Below are positions 1-10,700 of a stretch of DNA of 64,000 nt, one piece after another. Numbering within the stretch: the first letter of the stretch is position 1; each line of letters begins with the position of its first letter. The notes beneath the pieces are model-generated. The model had not been told where the DNA came from. It did no database searches and saw nothing but the letters and a program-made list of their open reading frames with translations. Source of the DNA: Sedimentisphaerales bacterium (GTDB lineage Bacteria > Planctomycetota > Phycisphaerae > Sedimentisphaerales > Anaerobacaceae); the NCBI GenBank assembly GCA_963708075.1, contig OY970194.1:5536001-5600000 (forward strand), read 5' to 3'. Made by a program: the position numbers and the translations under genes.

Positions 1-2
1 CC

Positions 3-867
3 GGCAAAGGAATCGACACGAACAAGTACTTCGTGATCTGCTCCAACTTCCTTGGCGGCTGTTCGGGCACGACCGGACCGTCGTGCATAAATCCTGAAAC
101 GGGCAGACCTTACGGCTTGGACTTCCCCATCATCACTATCGCCGACATGGTGCGCGTCCAGAAACTGCTGCTCGATGCACTGGGGATCAAGCACCTGCTG
201 GCCGTGCTCGGCGGGTCCATTGGCGGCATGCAGGTCCTGCAGTGGGCAATCGCCTATCCCGACATGATGGCGGCCGCGATTCCTATCGCCACGACCACGC
301 ACCTCGGGGCGCAATCCATCGCGTTCGACGCCGTCGGCAGAAACGCCATCCTCGCCGACGCCAATTTCGCCGACGGGCAGTACCACGAAAAAGGGGTTCC
401 CGCCCAGGGACTGGCCATCGCCCGGATGATCGGGCATATCACCTACCTGTCGGAGGAGGGCATGCGGCAGAAGTTCGGCCGACAGCTCCGAAGCGCCGAC
501 AGGTACAGCTACGAGTTCAACTCGGAGTTCGCTGTCGAGACGTACCTGGATCACCAGGGCCAGTCCTTCGTCGAGCGGTTCGACGCGAACAGCTACCTGT
601 ATATCACGAAGGCGTCGGACTATTTCGATCTGCCGCGAGATTACGGCTCGCTGGAGGAGGCGTTCGCCAGCGTCAAGGCGCGGTTTCTCGTTGTGAGCTT
701 CAGCAGCGACTGGCTCTTTACGCCGGTCCAGTCCGAGGCCATGGTCGATGCCCTCGTCGCCAATGGCAAGGACGTGAGCTACTGCAATATCGCCTCGTCC
801 TACGGCCACGACGCGTTCCTGCTGGAGAACCCGGACGCTTGGCGCGTTTCTGTCGAGCTTCCTGGAG
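3..867 (+). CDS. metX: Homoserine O-acetyltransferase domain (5'-truncated by the window); N-terminal part of an apparent MetX-MetW fusion
   Basis: Open from nt 3 ([20 protein letters not shown]). Shows the GGSIGG nucleophile elbow, RFDANSY, SDWLF and YGHDAFL motifs. Removing one A at GAGAACC (825-831) joins it in frame to the MetW domain ([15 protein letters not shown]). Confidence 0.9.
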
Positions 868-1595
868 GTGACGCACAAGCCGGGCGTAAAGACTGGCTCC
901 ATCGCGAACTGCTGCGGGTCGAGGCGGCCGCGGACGCGCTTCGAGCAGGCCCATCGCACCCGCGTCGATTACGAGCTGATCGAGTCGCTGATCGAGCCGG
1001 GCAGTACGGTCCTCGACGTCGGCTGTGGCGACGGCGAGCTGCTCGCGAGGCTGACCGCCGACAAGAAAATCCGGGGCAAAGGGGTGGAGCTGGATGAGCC
1101 CCAGGTGCTCGACTGCGTCTGCCGGGGGATTGCGATTATCCAGCGCGATATCGACCGCGGCCTGCAAAGCTACTCTGATAAGAGCTTCGATTACGTCATC
1201 CTCTCGCAGACCGTGCAGACGATCAAGGACCCCGAGCGGGTCTTTCTGGAGCTGCTTCGCGTGGGACGCAAGGTGATCGTCAGCTTCCCGAACTTCGGGC
1301 ACTGGCGCTGCCGCTGCAACTGCTCTGGAGCGGCAAGGCCCCGGTGACCCGGCAACTGCCCTTCCGCTGGCACAATTCGCCGAATATCCACTGCCTGTCC
1401 CTGAAGGATTTCGAGGACTTCTGCGAGCGCCTCGGCGTGATCATCGAACACAGAATCCCCATCGTAAGAGCCCGCCGCAACCCCGTCCGCCTCACCCCCA
1501 ACCTCTTCGCCGAGCAGGTCATTTACATGACAAGCAAGAAAATCTTGACAGCCCCCACGGCCATCAGTTCTAATACACCGACCTCGGGCGATTAG
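868..1595 (+). CDS. metW: Methionine biosynthesis MetW methyltransferase-like domain (frameshift near 1313)
   Basis: [12 protein letters not shown] motif, FDYVILSQT and VSFPNFGHW in ORF 868..1347. It continues as [17 protein letters not shown] in ORF 1344..1595; one missing base near 1313 restores the frame. Confidence 0.85.
1545..1574 (+). promoter_or_regulatory. sigma70-type promoter for the tRNA
   Basis: TTGACA (1545-1550), 18 nt, TCTAAT (1569-1574), ending 11 nt before the tRNA 5' end. Confidence 0.6.
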
Positions 1596-1659
1596 CTCAG
1601 TTGGCTAGAGCGCACGGATCACACCCGTGAGGTCACAGGTCCGAATCCTGTATCGCCCA
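1586..1659 (+). tRNA. tRNA-Val(CAC)
   Basis: Cloverleaf: acceptor GGGCGAT/ATCGCCC, D stem GCTC/GAGC, anticodon stem CACGG/CCGTG with loop ATCACAC, T stem ACAGG/CCTGT, discriminator A; no encoded CCA. Confidence 0.93.
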
Positions 1660-2105
1660 TTCACGTAACTTCTTTTCTTGCATGGCTTTACGGCGATCTC
1701 CGGTATTCCGATTCGCCTCTGAGGCCTCGGCATCTCTTGCCGCCGAACCGGCAGCGCGCGGGTTTTCCTCGTTTTTGATTCGGCCTTTCGCTGGCCTCGA
1801 TTCTCAAACCGCAGGGATGCAAGACCTTGCACCTCCACGGAAAGGTCGAGTTCAGCCAAAAGACTAAATCGGAAGCAGGAGAATCCCGCTGGCCGCCAGG
1901 CCGCCGGCGATAGATATACAGGTACTGACTAAGGGTCCATAGGACAGTCAAAGTGCCTGAATTTGAAGTGCATTGTGCCCATCCGGCGAGACAAGAACCA
2001 GCAGGCCGAGATCATCGCGAGAACGGAAGAGCAGATGAGTTGAACGACTTGACTTGAACTTGTGCCGGGAACCGTGCCTTTCTAATTCAATCAAAAAGGG
2101 GAATA

Positions 2106-2771
2106 TTGGTGCAAGAACCGGCCCAACCCATCCGTCACGAGCCTCGCTGGCCCGTCGCACTCGCGATCCTCGCGGTACTTTTGGTGCTCACGTTGTTGCC
2201 CGCTCGCACCAGGCTGTTCCCCTCCTGGTTTCCCTACGCCATCGGGATCGGCCTGCTCCTGCCGATGGTCGGCGTCTGGCTGAGTGGCGCCGATGCGCGG
2301 TGGCTGCGCGTCGAGCGGACGACCACGCTGGTGTTCTCCGTGCTTGCGGAGGCCGTGACCCTCACGACCGTGCTGTATCTGGTAGTCGAGATGCTGGACC
2401 GACCGACGGACTTCAGCGGCCGTCAACTGCTCACGTCAAGCATCGGGGCGTGGCTCACCAACGTGCTGGCGTTCTCGCTGGTGTATTGGCGGATCGATCG
2501 TGGCGGCCCCGAAGCCCGGGCGAACGACGCGGGCACGAAGCCGGACTGGCTCTTCCCGCAGACCGGGGTTCCCGAGGAGGCGCCGCCCGACTGGCGGCCG
2601 ACGTACGTCGACTACCTGTTCCTCGCGTTCTCGACGGCGATGGCGTTTAGCCCCGCCGATGCCCTGCCGCTGACGTCCCGGGCGAAGATGCTGATGATGC
2701 TTGAGAGCGCGGTCTCGCTCCTGACGCTCGTCACCGTCGCGGCACGCGCGATTAACGTCCTCGGCAGTTGA
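2106..2771 (+). CDS. DUF1345-like membrane protein
   Basis: Multiple TM helices; DWLFPQ...WRPTYVDYLFLAFSTAMAFSPAD pattern. Confidence 0.75.
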   Translation: MVQEPAQPIRHEPRWPVALAILAVLLVLTLLPARTRLFPSWFPYAIGIGLLLPMVGVWLSGADARWLRVERTTTLVFSVLAEAVTLTTVLYLVVEMLDRPTDFSGRQLLTSSIGAWLTNVLAFSLVYWRIDRGGPEARANDAGTKPDWLFPQTGVPEEAPPDWRPTYVDYLFLAFSTAMAFSPADALPLTSRAKMLMMLESAVSLLTLVTVAARAINVLGS

Positions 2772-2917
2772 TGAAACGGAAGAATAGGATAGCAAGACAG
2801 AATCTTTCCAGCTCTCTAGCGTCGAATGGAGTATAATGTGGAACTCAAAGGTAAGACGGCACTCGTAACAGGGTCAGGAGGAGGAATCGGCAGTGTAATG
2901 CCCTCCGGGAGAGAACG

Positions 2918-3559
2918 ATGGCGACAACTCCCTCGATAGCGATCTCAGCCGGAGAGATGCTGGCATTTTTCTTCCTTCTGCTCGGGCCGATCAAGATCCT
3001 CGGGCCATTCGTGAAGCTGACGCGAGGCGCCGAACCCCGCTTCCGCCGGCAGCTCGCGGTCCGGAGTGTCCTGCTGGCGGCCGGCGCTCTGGTGGCCGCC
3101 GCCATCATCGGCGAGAAGTTTCTGGACAACTTCCGCATTCGGGTGCCGGTGCTGGCCATTACCGGCGGCCTGATCCTCTTCCTGGCGGCGCTGGATACGG
3201 TTATGCAGCAATTCCGTGGACCGGTGGGCACCGACGCGGAGGACACGCCGCTCTCTCTGAGTCTGGCGGTCAGCCCGCTGGCCTTCCCGACTATTGTCAC
3301 GCCCTCCGGCATTGCGGCGGTGATCATTTTTGTGACGCTCAGTCCGGATCTGGCGGGGAAATTGACGATCGGCCTGTTGCTGCTGGTGATCCTGATCCTG
3401 GATCTGGTCGCCATGCTGTACGCGCGGGCCATCCTGAAGTGGCTGACGCTGCCGCTGTACATCCTGGGGGTGGTGCTCGGTGTCATTCAGGTGGCTCTCG
3501 GCCTCAATATCATATTGGTGAACCTCAGTCGGATCGGGGTGTTCACCCTGACCCCCTAA
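2918..3559 (+). CDS. MarC family integral membrane protein
   Basis: Six TM segments; GGLILF and LAVSPLAFPTIVTP motifs. Confidence 0.85.
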   Translation: MATTPSIAISAGEMLAFFFLLLGPIKILGPFVKLTRGAEPRFRRQLAVRSVLLAAGALVAAAIIGEKFLDNFRIRVPVLAITGGLILFLAALDTVMQQFRGPVGTDAEDTPLSLSLAVSPLAFPTIVTPSGIAAVIIFVTLSPDLAGKLTIGLLLLVILILDLVAMLYARAILKWLTLPLYILGVVLGVIQVALGLNIILVNLSRIGVFTLTP

Positions 3560-3625
3560 GCCCTCCGGCAGGCGGTGGCGACGAACGGCTCGCCCCTGAA
3601 TGTCGCAGAGCGATGAGCAGGAACA

Positions 3626-5140
3626 ATGAGATCGTGGCCAAGATATCCCGTGATTTATGAAATCAACACCTGGGTCTGGCTTGACGAGCTGAGCCGGAAA
3701 TACAACAGGTCCGTCGCGCTCTCGACCGTGCCGGCTGAGGAATGGGATTTCTTATCCTCCTTCGGCTTTGATGCCATATGGCTCATGGGTGTTTGGGAAC
3801 GAAGCCCTGCGGGCATCGCCATTGCGAATCAGAACCAGGGTCTTTTGGAGGACTTCCGGCGGGCTCTTTCCGATTATCGGTCGGAGGATAACGTGGGGTC
3901 TCCTTATTGTGTGCGGCAATACGTGGTTGACGAACACCTGGGAGGTCCCGAAGGTCTGGCCGTTGCCCGGAGAGAACTCGCCAGGCGGGGGCTCAAGCTT
4001 ATTCTCGATTTCGTCCCGAACCACGCGGCGCCGGACCATCCATGGGTCATCCATCATCCTGAATACTTCGTTCTGGGGGACACTGAGGATGCGAGGAACG
4101 ATCCGGCGTCATTCATTGAGACGGCAGGAAAGGTGTTTGCCTGTGGCCGGGGCTCCTGCTTTCCTGCATGGTCGGATCTGCTGCAACTGAATGCCTTTCA
4201 GCCGGAACTCCGCCAGGCGGCGATCGAGACTCTTTCGGATATCGCCGGTCAGTGCGATGGTGTGCGCTGCGACATGGCGATGCTCCTCATCAACTCTATC
4301 TTCGAGCGTACCTGGGGTAGCCGTGCGGGTCAACGGCCGGCAACAGAGTACTGGGTGGATGTGATTTCCGCCATACGGAAAGCGCATCGGGATTTCCTTT
4401 TTGTGGCGGAGGCTTATTGGGACCGCGAGCGGGAACTCCAGCAGCAGGGGTTCAATTACAGTTACGACAAACGCCTGTACGATCATCTGGAACACGACAG
4501 CGCAGAGAGCGTGCGGCTCCATCTGCGCGCCGACCTTGCCTACCAGGGAAAGCTGGTCCGCTTTATAGAGAATCACGATGAGCCTCGCGCCCTTTCCGTG
4601 TTTTCGCCCCCCAAGGAGCGCGCTGCCGCCGTGACCATGGCCACGATTCCGGGAGCAAGACTCTTTCATGAAGGGCAGTTCGAAGGAAGAAAGGTCAGGC
4701 TTCCTGTCTTCCTCGGCCGCCGTCCGGTTGAACCCGTGGACTCTGACCTCCAGGCTTTTTACCGTACGCTGCTGAAAACCGCTTCCCTGGAGGGGCTGCG
4801 GAATGGTCGCTGGCAACTCTGTGATCGAACCGGCTGGCCGGACAATGCAAGTTACCAGAACCTCGTTGCCTGGTGCTGGCGCAGCGCCGGCGAGCATCAC
4901 CTGATCGTTGTGAATCTCTCGGCCTCGGGTGCGCAAGGGCACGTCCTGCTGCCATGGGAGGAACTCAAAGGCAGGACATGGCAGATGACCGACCTCTTCA
5001 ACGGAAAGGAGTACGAATGGAGCGGCGATGAGATGTACACCCGAGGATTGTACGTGGATCTTCTCCCCTGGGGATACCATGTCCTGACCCTGGTGAAGAA
5101 GAAACGGCAGGGCGCGCTCTCCTCGAAACAGAATGAATGA
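3626..5140 (+). CDS. Alpha-amylase family glycoside hydrolase (GH13)
   Basis: LDFVPNH, DGVRCDMA, AEAY and FIENHDE conserved regions. Confidence 0.9.
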   Translation: MRSWPRYPVIYEINTWVWLDELSRKYNRSVALSTVPAEEWDFLSSFGFDAIWLMGVWERSPAGIAIANQNQGLLEDFRRALSDYRSEDNVGSPYCVRQYVVDEHLGGPEGLAVARRELARRGLKLILDFVPNHAAPDHPWVIHHPEYFVLGDTEDARNDPASFIETAGKVFACGRGSCFPAWSDLLQLNAFQPELRQAAIETLSDIAGQCDGVRCDMAMLLINSIFERTWGSRAGQRPATEYWVDVISAIRKAHRDFLFVAEAYWDRERELQQQGFNYSYDKRLYDHLEHDSAESVRLHLRADLAYQGKLVRFIENHDEPRALSVFSPPKERAAAVTMATIPGARLFHEGQFEGRKVRLPVFLGRRPVEPVDSDLQAFYRTLLKTASLEGLRNGRWQLCDRTGWPDNASYQNLVAWCWRSAGEHHLIVVNLSASGAQGHVLLPWEELKGRTWQMTDLFNGKEYEWSGDEMYTRGLYVDLLPWGYHVLTLVKKKRQGALSSKQNE

Positions 5141-5233
5141 CGAAAGGTCCGGCAGATGCGGTTCTCATTGTGCGGGGTATTCCGCCATCTCCTTGTCGTG
5201 TCATACGAATTATGATTAATTCGTGCGTCCTGC

Positions 5234-5327
5234 TTGTCATTCTGAGTGCAGCGAAGGATCTGGGCCGCGAGCGAGAGAGACCTCCTTTTCGGTGGCCAGA
5301 TCCTTCGGCTTCGCCTCAGGATGACAA
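5234..5327. repeat. Long imperfect palindromic (REP/MITE-like) element
   Basis: Arms TTGTCATTCTGAG..GCGAAGGATCTGG and CCAGATCCTTCG..CTCAGGATGACAA. Confidence 0.8.
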
Positions 5328-5435
5328 CATCGGTAGTGCGCCACAACTTTTCCGAATCCGTACGGAATTATACCTTTGGCAAAGCACGTCCCGAATAAGT
5401 GAAGGTTGCTGTGTCTGTGGGCCGATAATACTCCA

Positions 5436-6305
5436 ATGCCCAGACACGACCTGCTACGCAAATACGACAGGCTGAAAAGACAGTGCAAGACCGCATTGTA
5501 CAGGCAGGAGAACACCCTACTCCTGGATGAGATATATGCTGAGTGTTTGCATATTCTCGGCGATGCATCAAGGATCGCCCTAACCTCAAAGGTCGAAGAC
5601 AAGGAGTATTTCGCCTTCCGCAGCAAGGGAAGAATGTCGCGAGCAATTAATCAAAGCCTTTTCTATGAGTGCCAGCGGGATTGGGAAAGACTCAACGCTG
5701 CTATGGCACGTGGCACGCTTGGCACATTCACTGCGGAGCAGATTACCAAAGTCCTGTACAGCATGGCCGTTTCCTTTTGTGCCTGTGTTGACCTCCTAAA
5801 GAGCGGAGACCAGAAGACACCAGGAACGTTCTTTGAGTATTTCGTTGCGTACTTTTTTACGTGGCGGGTGGGGGTGGAGCCATGCAACTCGATTCAGATT
5901 CTCAATGTAGACAATGAGGACACAAGGCTGCGAACGGACTTCGTGTTTAACCTCGGCCCGCGCAAGCGCAAGTTCCACATGCCCATCAAGACCTCTAGCC
6001 GGGAACGCTCTATTATGTTATGGGCTCACCAACGCTTGTTAGACGGCGTTTATGGTGTCGAGCGATTCATGGGAACGCCGGTACTTCTTGCGGAAACCAA
6101 AACTGACAAGGCCAAGAGGGAGGTAGTCGAGATATGCTTGCCAGATCAATGGCGTGTGTACCAACTCTACATCGCGAAACTCAAACGAATCTACTACTTC
6201 GATGTACCGACTGCCTATGCCAAACTGAATGATGAGTCGCCCCCAATACGCGTCCGGCCGTTTGGGGACTTCTTCTTTGAATGGTCAGAGCTTTCGCCCT
6301 CGTAA
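5436..6305 (+). CDS. Type II restriction endonuclease, CCGG-family PD-(D/E)xK fold, Kpn2I-like
   Basis: [12 protein letters not shown] and PIKTSSRER motifs (CCGG-family K-x3-R-E-R). Resembles R.Kpn2I as recalled from memory, not searched. Lower GC than its flanks; convergent with a methyltransferase. Confidence 0.75.
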   Translation: MPRHDLLRKYDRLKRQCKTALYRQENTLLLDEIYAECLHILGDASRIALTSKVEDKEYFAFRSKGRMSRAINQSLFYECQRDWERLNAAMARGTLGTFTAEQITKVLYSMAVSFCACVDLLKSGDQKTPGTFFEYFVAYFFTWRVGVEPCNSIQILNVDNEDTRLRTDFVFNLGPRKRKFHMPIKTSSRERSIMLWAHQRLLDGVYGVERFMGTPVLLAETKTDKAKREVVEICLPDQWRVYQLYIAKLKRIYYFDVPTAYAKLNDESPPIRVRPFGDFFFEWSELSPS

Positions 6306-7142
6306 ACCAGCCTGCACACCGTTGCTGCCAGCCTTGCGGTAGACCATGAAGTAGGAGTGGTTCTTCCGTGCATGATACTGTCGCGTCATAAGGCGCGAAA
6401 CGCCGGGCTTGTTTTCGCGGACAACGACAAATAGATCCTCAACGACGAACCCGTACCTCCCATACTCGTTTGTGATCTCTATGTGCGTGAGCCGCTGCCT
6501 GTTGGCGCACACCTCATCCTGGCACTTCACGATGAAGATTCCGCCCTTACGCAAAACACGCCAAGCCTCCCGTCCAGACCGGAAATAAAGATCAAGCACC
6601 GCCTCGTGGTACTTGGGCGGGATTCCGTTGTTATCCTCCCGTACCTGCTGAGTGACTTCCGGGTCCTCTTCGGCATTATTGGCGTAGTATGCTTCGTAGT
6701 TCTGGTGGCCGTTGTGAGCTGTACCTCCGGGCGTGTGCATGTATGGAGGGTCAAACACAACCACATCAAAACTCTCGTTCTCGTAGGGCAAACGCCGACT
6801 ATCAATCCCGCCGCGACACCGCTTGGGCAGGTCGCCCACCTTTAGGTCGCTCGCCGAGAGGCGATAGTGCGAGGTGTTCACCTGTCGCCAGAAAACTCCT
6901 TTGCCGTAGGTGATATCTGCCACCTGTGAGCCATCTGGAACATAGAGTTCCAGTATCATGGGGAATACCACGTCGTTTGACGCTTGATAGGCGGAATGCA
7001 CAAGATCGTTCGTTGCGTTCCCCCCATTGACTCTCACCGTCTTCTTGGGTTTTTTCCTCGGCAATTGGATTCCCTTACGAAAAGTGCGTGATGTAGGACC
7101 GCGCGATATTTTGTGTGCCATTGTCATGCTCTCCGGCGTCAT
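6285..7142 (-). CDS. DNA amino (N6A/N4C) methyltransferase
   Basis: SAM-binding DITYGKG followed by catalytic FDPPY and a RVLRKGG motif; 3' end overlaps the nuclease by 21 nt. Confidence 0.85.
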   Translation of the reverse strand: MTPESMTMAHKISRGPTSRTFRKGIQLPRKKPKKTVRVNGGNATNDLVHSAYQASNDVVFPMILELYVPDGSQVADITYGKGVFWRQVNTSHYRLSASDLKVGDLPKRCRGGIDSRRLPYENESFDVVVFDPPYMHTPGGTAHNGHQNYEAYYANNAEEDPEVTQQVREDNNGIPPKYHEAVLDLYFRSGREAWRVLRKGGIFIVKCQDEVCANRQRLTHIEITNEYGRYGFVVEDLFVVVRENKPGVSRLMTRQYHARKNHSYFMVYRKAGSNGVQAGLRGRKL

Positions 7143-7333
7143 CCTTTCCCCTCCCCTGATTTATGCTCCTTGATCTTCCTGGCCTCACGCAACAGCACCG
7201 ACCTTGCCCACGACGAGGCGTCCAAACCTAATGAATGTGCTGCCTCAGTAAACGCCTTATGTTCATCCTCCAGCAGCCGAAGCTGGAACAGCTTTGTGCG
7301 CCTATCCCGGTCGGATTTCTTGGGTCGTACCAT
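7139..7333 (-). CDS. Small ribbon-helix-helix-like DNA-binding protein, putative R-M controller
   Basis: 64 aa; FQLRL strand followed by two helices ([22 protein letters not shown]); ATGA overlap with the methyltransferase start. Confidence 0.7.
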   Translation of the reverse strand: MVRPKKSDRDRRTKLFQLRLLEDEHKAFTEAAHSLGLDASSWARSVLLREARKIKEHKSGEGKG

Positions 7334-7339
7334 GCCTGA

Positions 7340-7397
7340 ATTGTAACAGCCAGAACGGGGTAGTCAAAGAATTTGTTGTGATTTTTATAAAATTACA
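7340..7397 (-). promoter_or_regulatory. Promoter for the RHH-MTase operon (leaderless) with an upstream AT-rich dyad
   Basis: Minus strand: TTGACT (7367-7362), 16 nt, extended -10 TGTTACAAT (7348-7340), 6 nt, then ATG. Dyad TGTGATTTT-TAT-AAAATTACA at 7377-7397. Confidence 0.7.
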
Positions 7398-7487
7398 CTT
7401 GACTGTCATGTTTGTGTGGGGGTCAGGAAGGGTCAGGCTTTGGATTTAGGCATTGCCAAAAGCATCGATGGGCGGCAGTCTCTTGTC

Positions 7488-7580
7488 ATGCCTCGCAGAT
7501 CGAGAATTGAGTATGGCGGAGCGTTGTACCAGGTGCACAATCGCGGCAACTACCGCCAGGACCTGTTCACGGTCGCGGAT
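7488..7580 (+). pseudogene. 5' fragment of a REP-associated tyrosine transposase (RAYT, IS200-like Y1)
   Basis: MPRRSRIEYGGALYQVHNRGNYRQDLF matches the typical RAYT N-terminus; similarity is then lost. Confidence 0.75.
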
Positions 7581-7792
7581 GCCGGGTCGTGGAATCTCCG
7601 TTGGGAGGGCGGCTTCCTGCTCCGACCCTATCGGCCTGCAGCGACATAATCGCGACCTATCCCGACTTCGTGGGTTCGGGCTAAAATATGAGGCCTGAGC
7701 CGGAAGGAGAATTCGGCCCAGGCCTCGTGTAGCTACATGCACTCTCTGATCATCACAGCGTGGTGGACCATCGCGGATGACCAGCGACTGAT

Positions 7793-10700
7793 TTACCACT
7801 CACCGGCCAGATAGCGGACCTCGCCGGAGGACAACGCCTTGTCGTAGATGCGGAACTCCTGAACGGCCCCGATCCACTCGGGATCACCGGTGTAACCGCC
7901 CTTGGCCAGGTAGGCGAAATTCGGGCTGATGCCGCTGATCTTGTTGGCCGCCGACAGCGGAGTCGTTGCGATCAGAGCGCCATCGATGTACAAGGTGATG
8001 TTCGTGGCGTTGATCGTGCTGACCATCAGGTGCGGCAGGCCATCATCGTACTCCTTTCCATTGGCGCCGCTCTCTGCGGACCAGGGGGCGGACGTGTTGC
8101 CGATGGAGATGCCGGTACGGCTGACGTTATCGCCACGGGCCGAGCACAGGAAGTAACCGTTCGAGCCAAAACCGCCGACGGAGTCGCCGAAGTAGGCCAG
8201 CATGGTGTAGCCCGTGTTGGCGCCGGCCTTCGGGGTGAACCAGGCGGCGATACTCACCTCTTTGTACGTGTTCATGGCGATTGTCCCGCCGGGCATTTCC
8301 ATCCATTGGTTCTGAACTGCAGTGACCATGGCGCCCTCGACAACCGCGGCGCCGCCGACCAGCGTGCCGTGGGCCTGGCCCACGCTGTCATTAGCCGTGC
8401 CGTCCTCAAAGGCATACTGGTGCTTCAGATTCTTTGTGCCCGGATCCTTGGGCATCGTGTTGGACAGGTACAGGACCTCGGCAGAGGACAACGCCTTGTC
8501 ATAGATGCGGAACTCATGAATGGAGCCGATCCACTCCGGATCGTTGCTGTAACCGCCCTTGCCCAGGCAGGCCATCGTCTGGCTGATGCCACTGAGCTTG
8601 TTGGTCGCGGACAACTTGGTCGTCGAGATGAAAGCGCCGTCGATGTACAGCGTGATGTTCGTGGCATCGATCGTGCTGACCATGAAGTGCAGCTTGCCGT
8701 CGTCGTACTCCTTGCCGTTGGCGCCGCTCTCGGCGCTCCAGGGGGCGGAGGTATTGCCGACGGAGATGCCGGTACGGCTGATATTATCGCCGCGGGCGGT
8801 GGTCACGAAGTAGCCGTTGGCGCCCAGGCCGTTGACCGAGTCACCGAAGTAGCTCAGCATCGCGTAGCCGGTGTTGGCGCCGGCCTTCGGGGTGTACCAG
8901 GCGGCAACCGTCACCTCCTGGTAGGTGTTCATGGCGATTGTCTCGCCGGGCATTTCCATCCACTGATCCTGGGCCGCAGTGACCAGGGCGCCATCGACAA
9001 CCGCAGCGCCGCCGATCAGCTTGCCGTGGGCCTGGCCCACGCTGTCGTTGGCCGTGCCGTCCTCAAACGTGTACTGGTGCTTCAGATTGCCCGTGCCGGG
9101 ATCTTTGGGGAGTATCACGGTGGCGAAGCTCAGGACGCTGCTTTCCCAGGCGGGTGTGGCATCGGCCTCGTTGACTTCGACCACCTTCCAGAAGTAGGTC
9201 TTGTCCGGATCGACCGTCGCCGAGTAGCCGGGCTCAGTCACCGTGGCCACGAGGGGCAGGTTGTCCTTGTCGGTTCCCAGATAGACCTGGTGCGTCACGG
9301 CGTTGCGGCCGGGACGCCAGCTCAAGGCCACCGGGCTCTCCAGATTGAGCGTTCCGGAAACCGGGCTCGAGTTGGTCGCCTTGGCCGGGATGTACAGGAA
9401 GCGCACCTCACTCAGGCCAAACTGCGGGAATACCTCGCCCCAGTTGCTGTTGATCGTCAGCTTGACGAATTTGACGGGGGCGTCCTTGAAATCCACGAAC
9501 GTATTCGCGGCGTAGTTGTCCTCGCCGGGAGCCTGGGCGAATTCCACGTTGCCCAAGCTGGTCCACGTGGCGCCGTCCACAGAGTACTCTACCGTGACAT
9601 CCATGGCGCCGTAACCGACGACGGACTCCATCGCCGAGTTGGCGTTCCAGACCAGCATCTCGTTCAGGCAGTAGGTCTGGTCAAATTCATACTGAATCCA
9701 GGCGGGCTTTGGCCCGTCCTTGGCGCTGAGCCACATGTCCGTGTCCAGGGACGAGTGTCCATCGGTGGCGTTGAGGCCGGAGCCATCGACGGTCTTCTCG
9801 GGTCCCGTCTTGTCTGAATGCGAGCTGGACGCGGTGGCTTTGATGGCCGCTTTGCCGAGCGTGTAGGCGAAGGGCTCGACCGTGAACGTCCAGACGTTGC
9901 CCTTGTAGATCACGAAGTCGGGAGCGGGCCCCACTTCATCGACGCGCCAATAGTAGGTTGTGCCGAACTCCATACGGCCGGGGTCAAACGAGGTTCCTGA
10001 CTGGCCCTTGCTCGCCGCCACGCCCTTGGGGTTGGCGCTGTCGGCCGTCAGGACGTCGTCGAGGACCGTCCCAAAGTAAACATCGTGCGTCTCGGCGACC
10101 GGTCCGGCGGTCCAGCTCAGCTTCTGGTTCGGCAGCACGAGAGTCGCCTTGTCGGCCACGACGGGCGTGTTGGCCACGCCGTAACCCAATCCGCCCTGCA
10201 TGACATTCTTGATATCGTCCTGTGTCAGTGAACGGTCATAGATTCGAAGCTCATCCAGAGCGCCCATAAAGAGGGCATCCGGCCACTGGGACTTGCCCAG
10301 CCAGTTCTGGGTGGTGTTGCCCATGTCCTTTGGCAGCAACTCGGTGGCGCCACTGGCGACCACTTCGCCATCAACGTACAACTTCATGGTCATGGTTGCA
10401 CTGTCGAGGGAGGCCGCCACGTTGTGCCAGCCGGAGGCCAGTGTCGCGGGGGAGTTCAGGATCTGCTCGCCCACCGTGGCGGTGCGGATGGCGAACCGCA
10501 TCGGGCCGTTGGTTCCGCTGCGCGGGCACAGGAACATATAGGGGGAATTGCCGGAGCCCGAACCGAAGTCGAAGATTCGCTGCCAGGCTCCGCCGGCATT
10601 GGAGAAGTTGACCCAGATCGTGAACGTTGAATCGCTCAATGTGCTGATGAGCGGGCCGATGGGCAGGGTCACGAAGTCATCGGTGCCGTCGAACTGCAGA

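Noticed and set aside
1660..2100. ncRNA or small genes after the tRNA
   Set aside because: Only short ORFs without motifs and no recognisable RNA structure.
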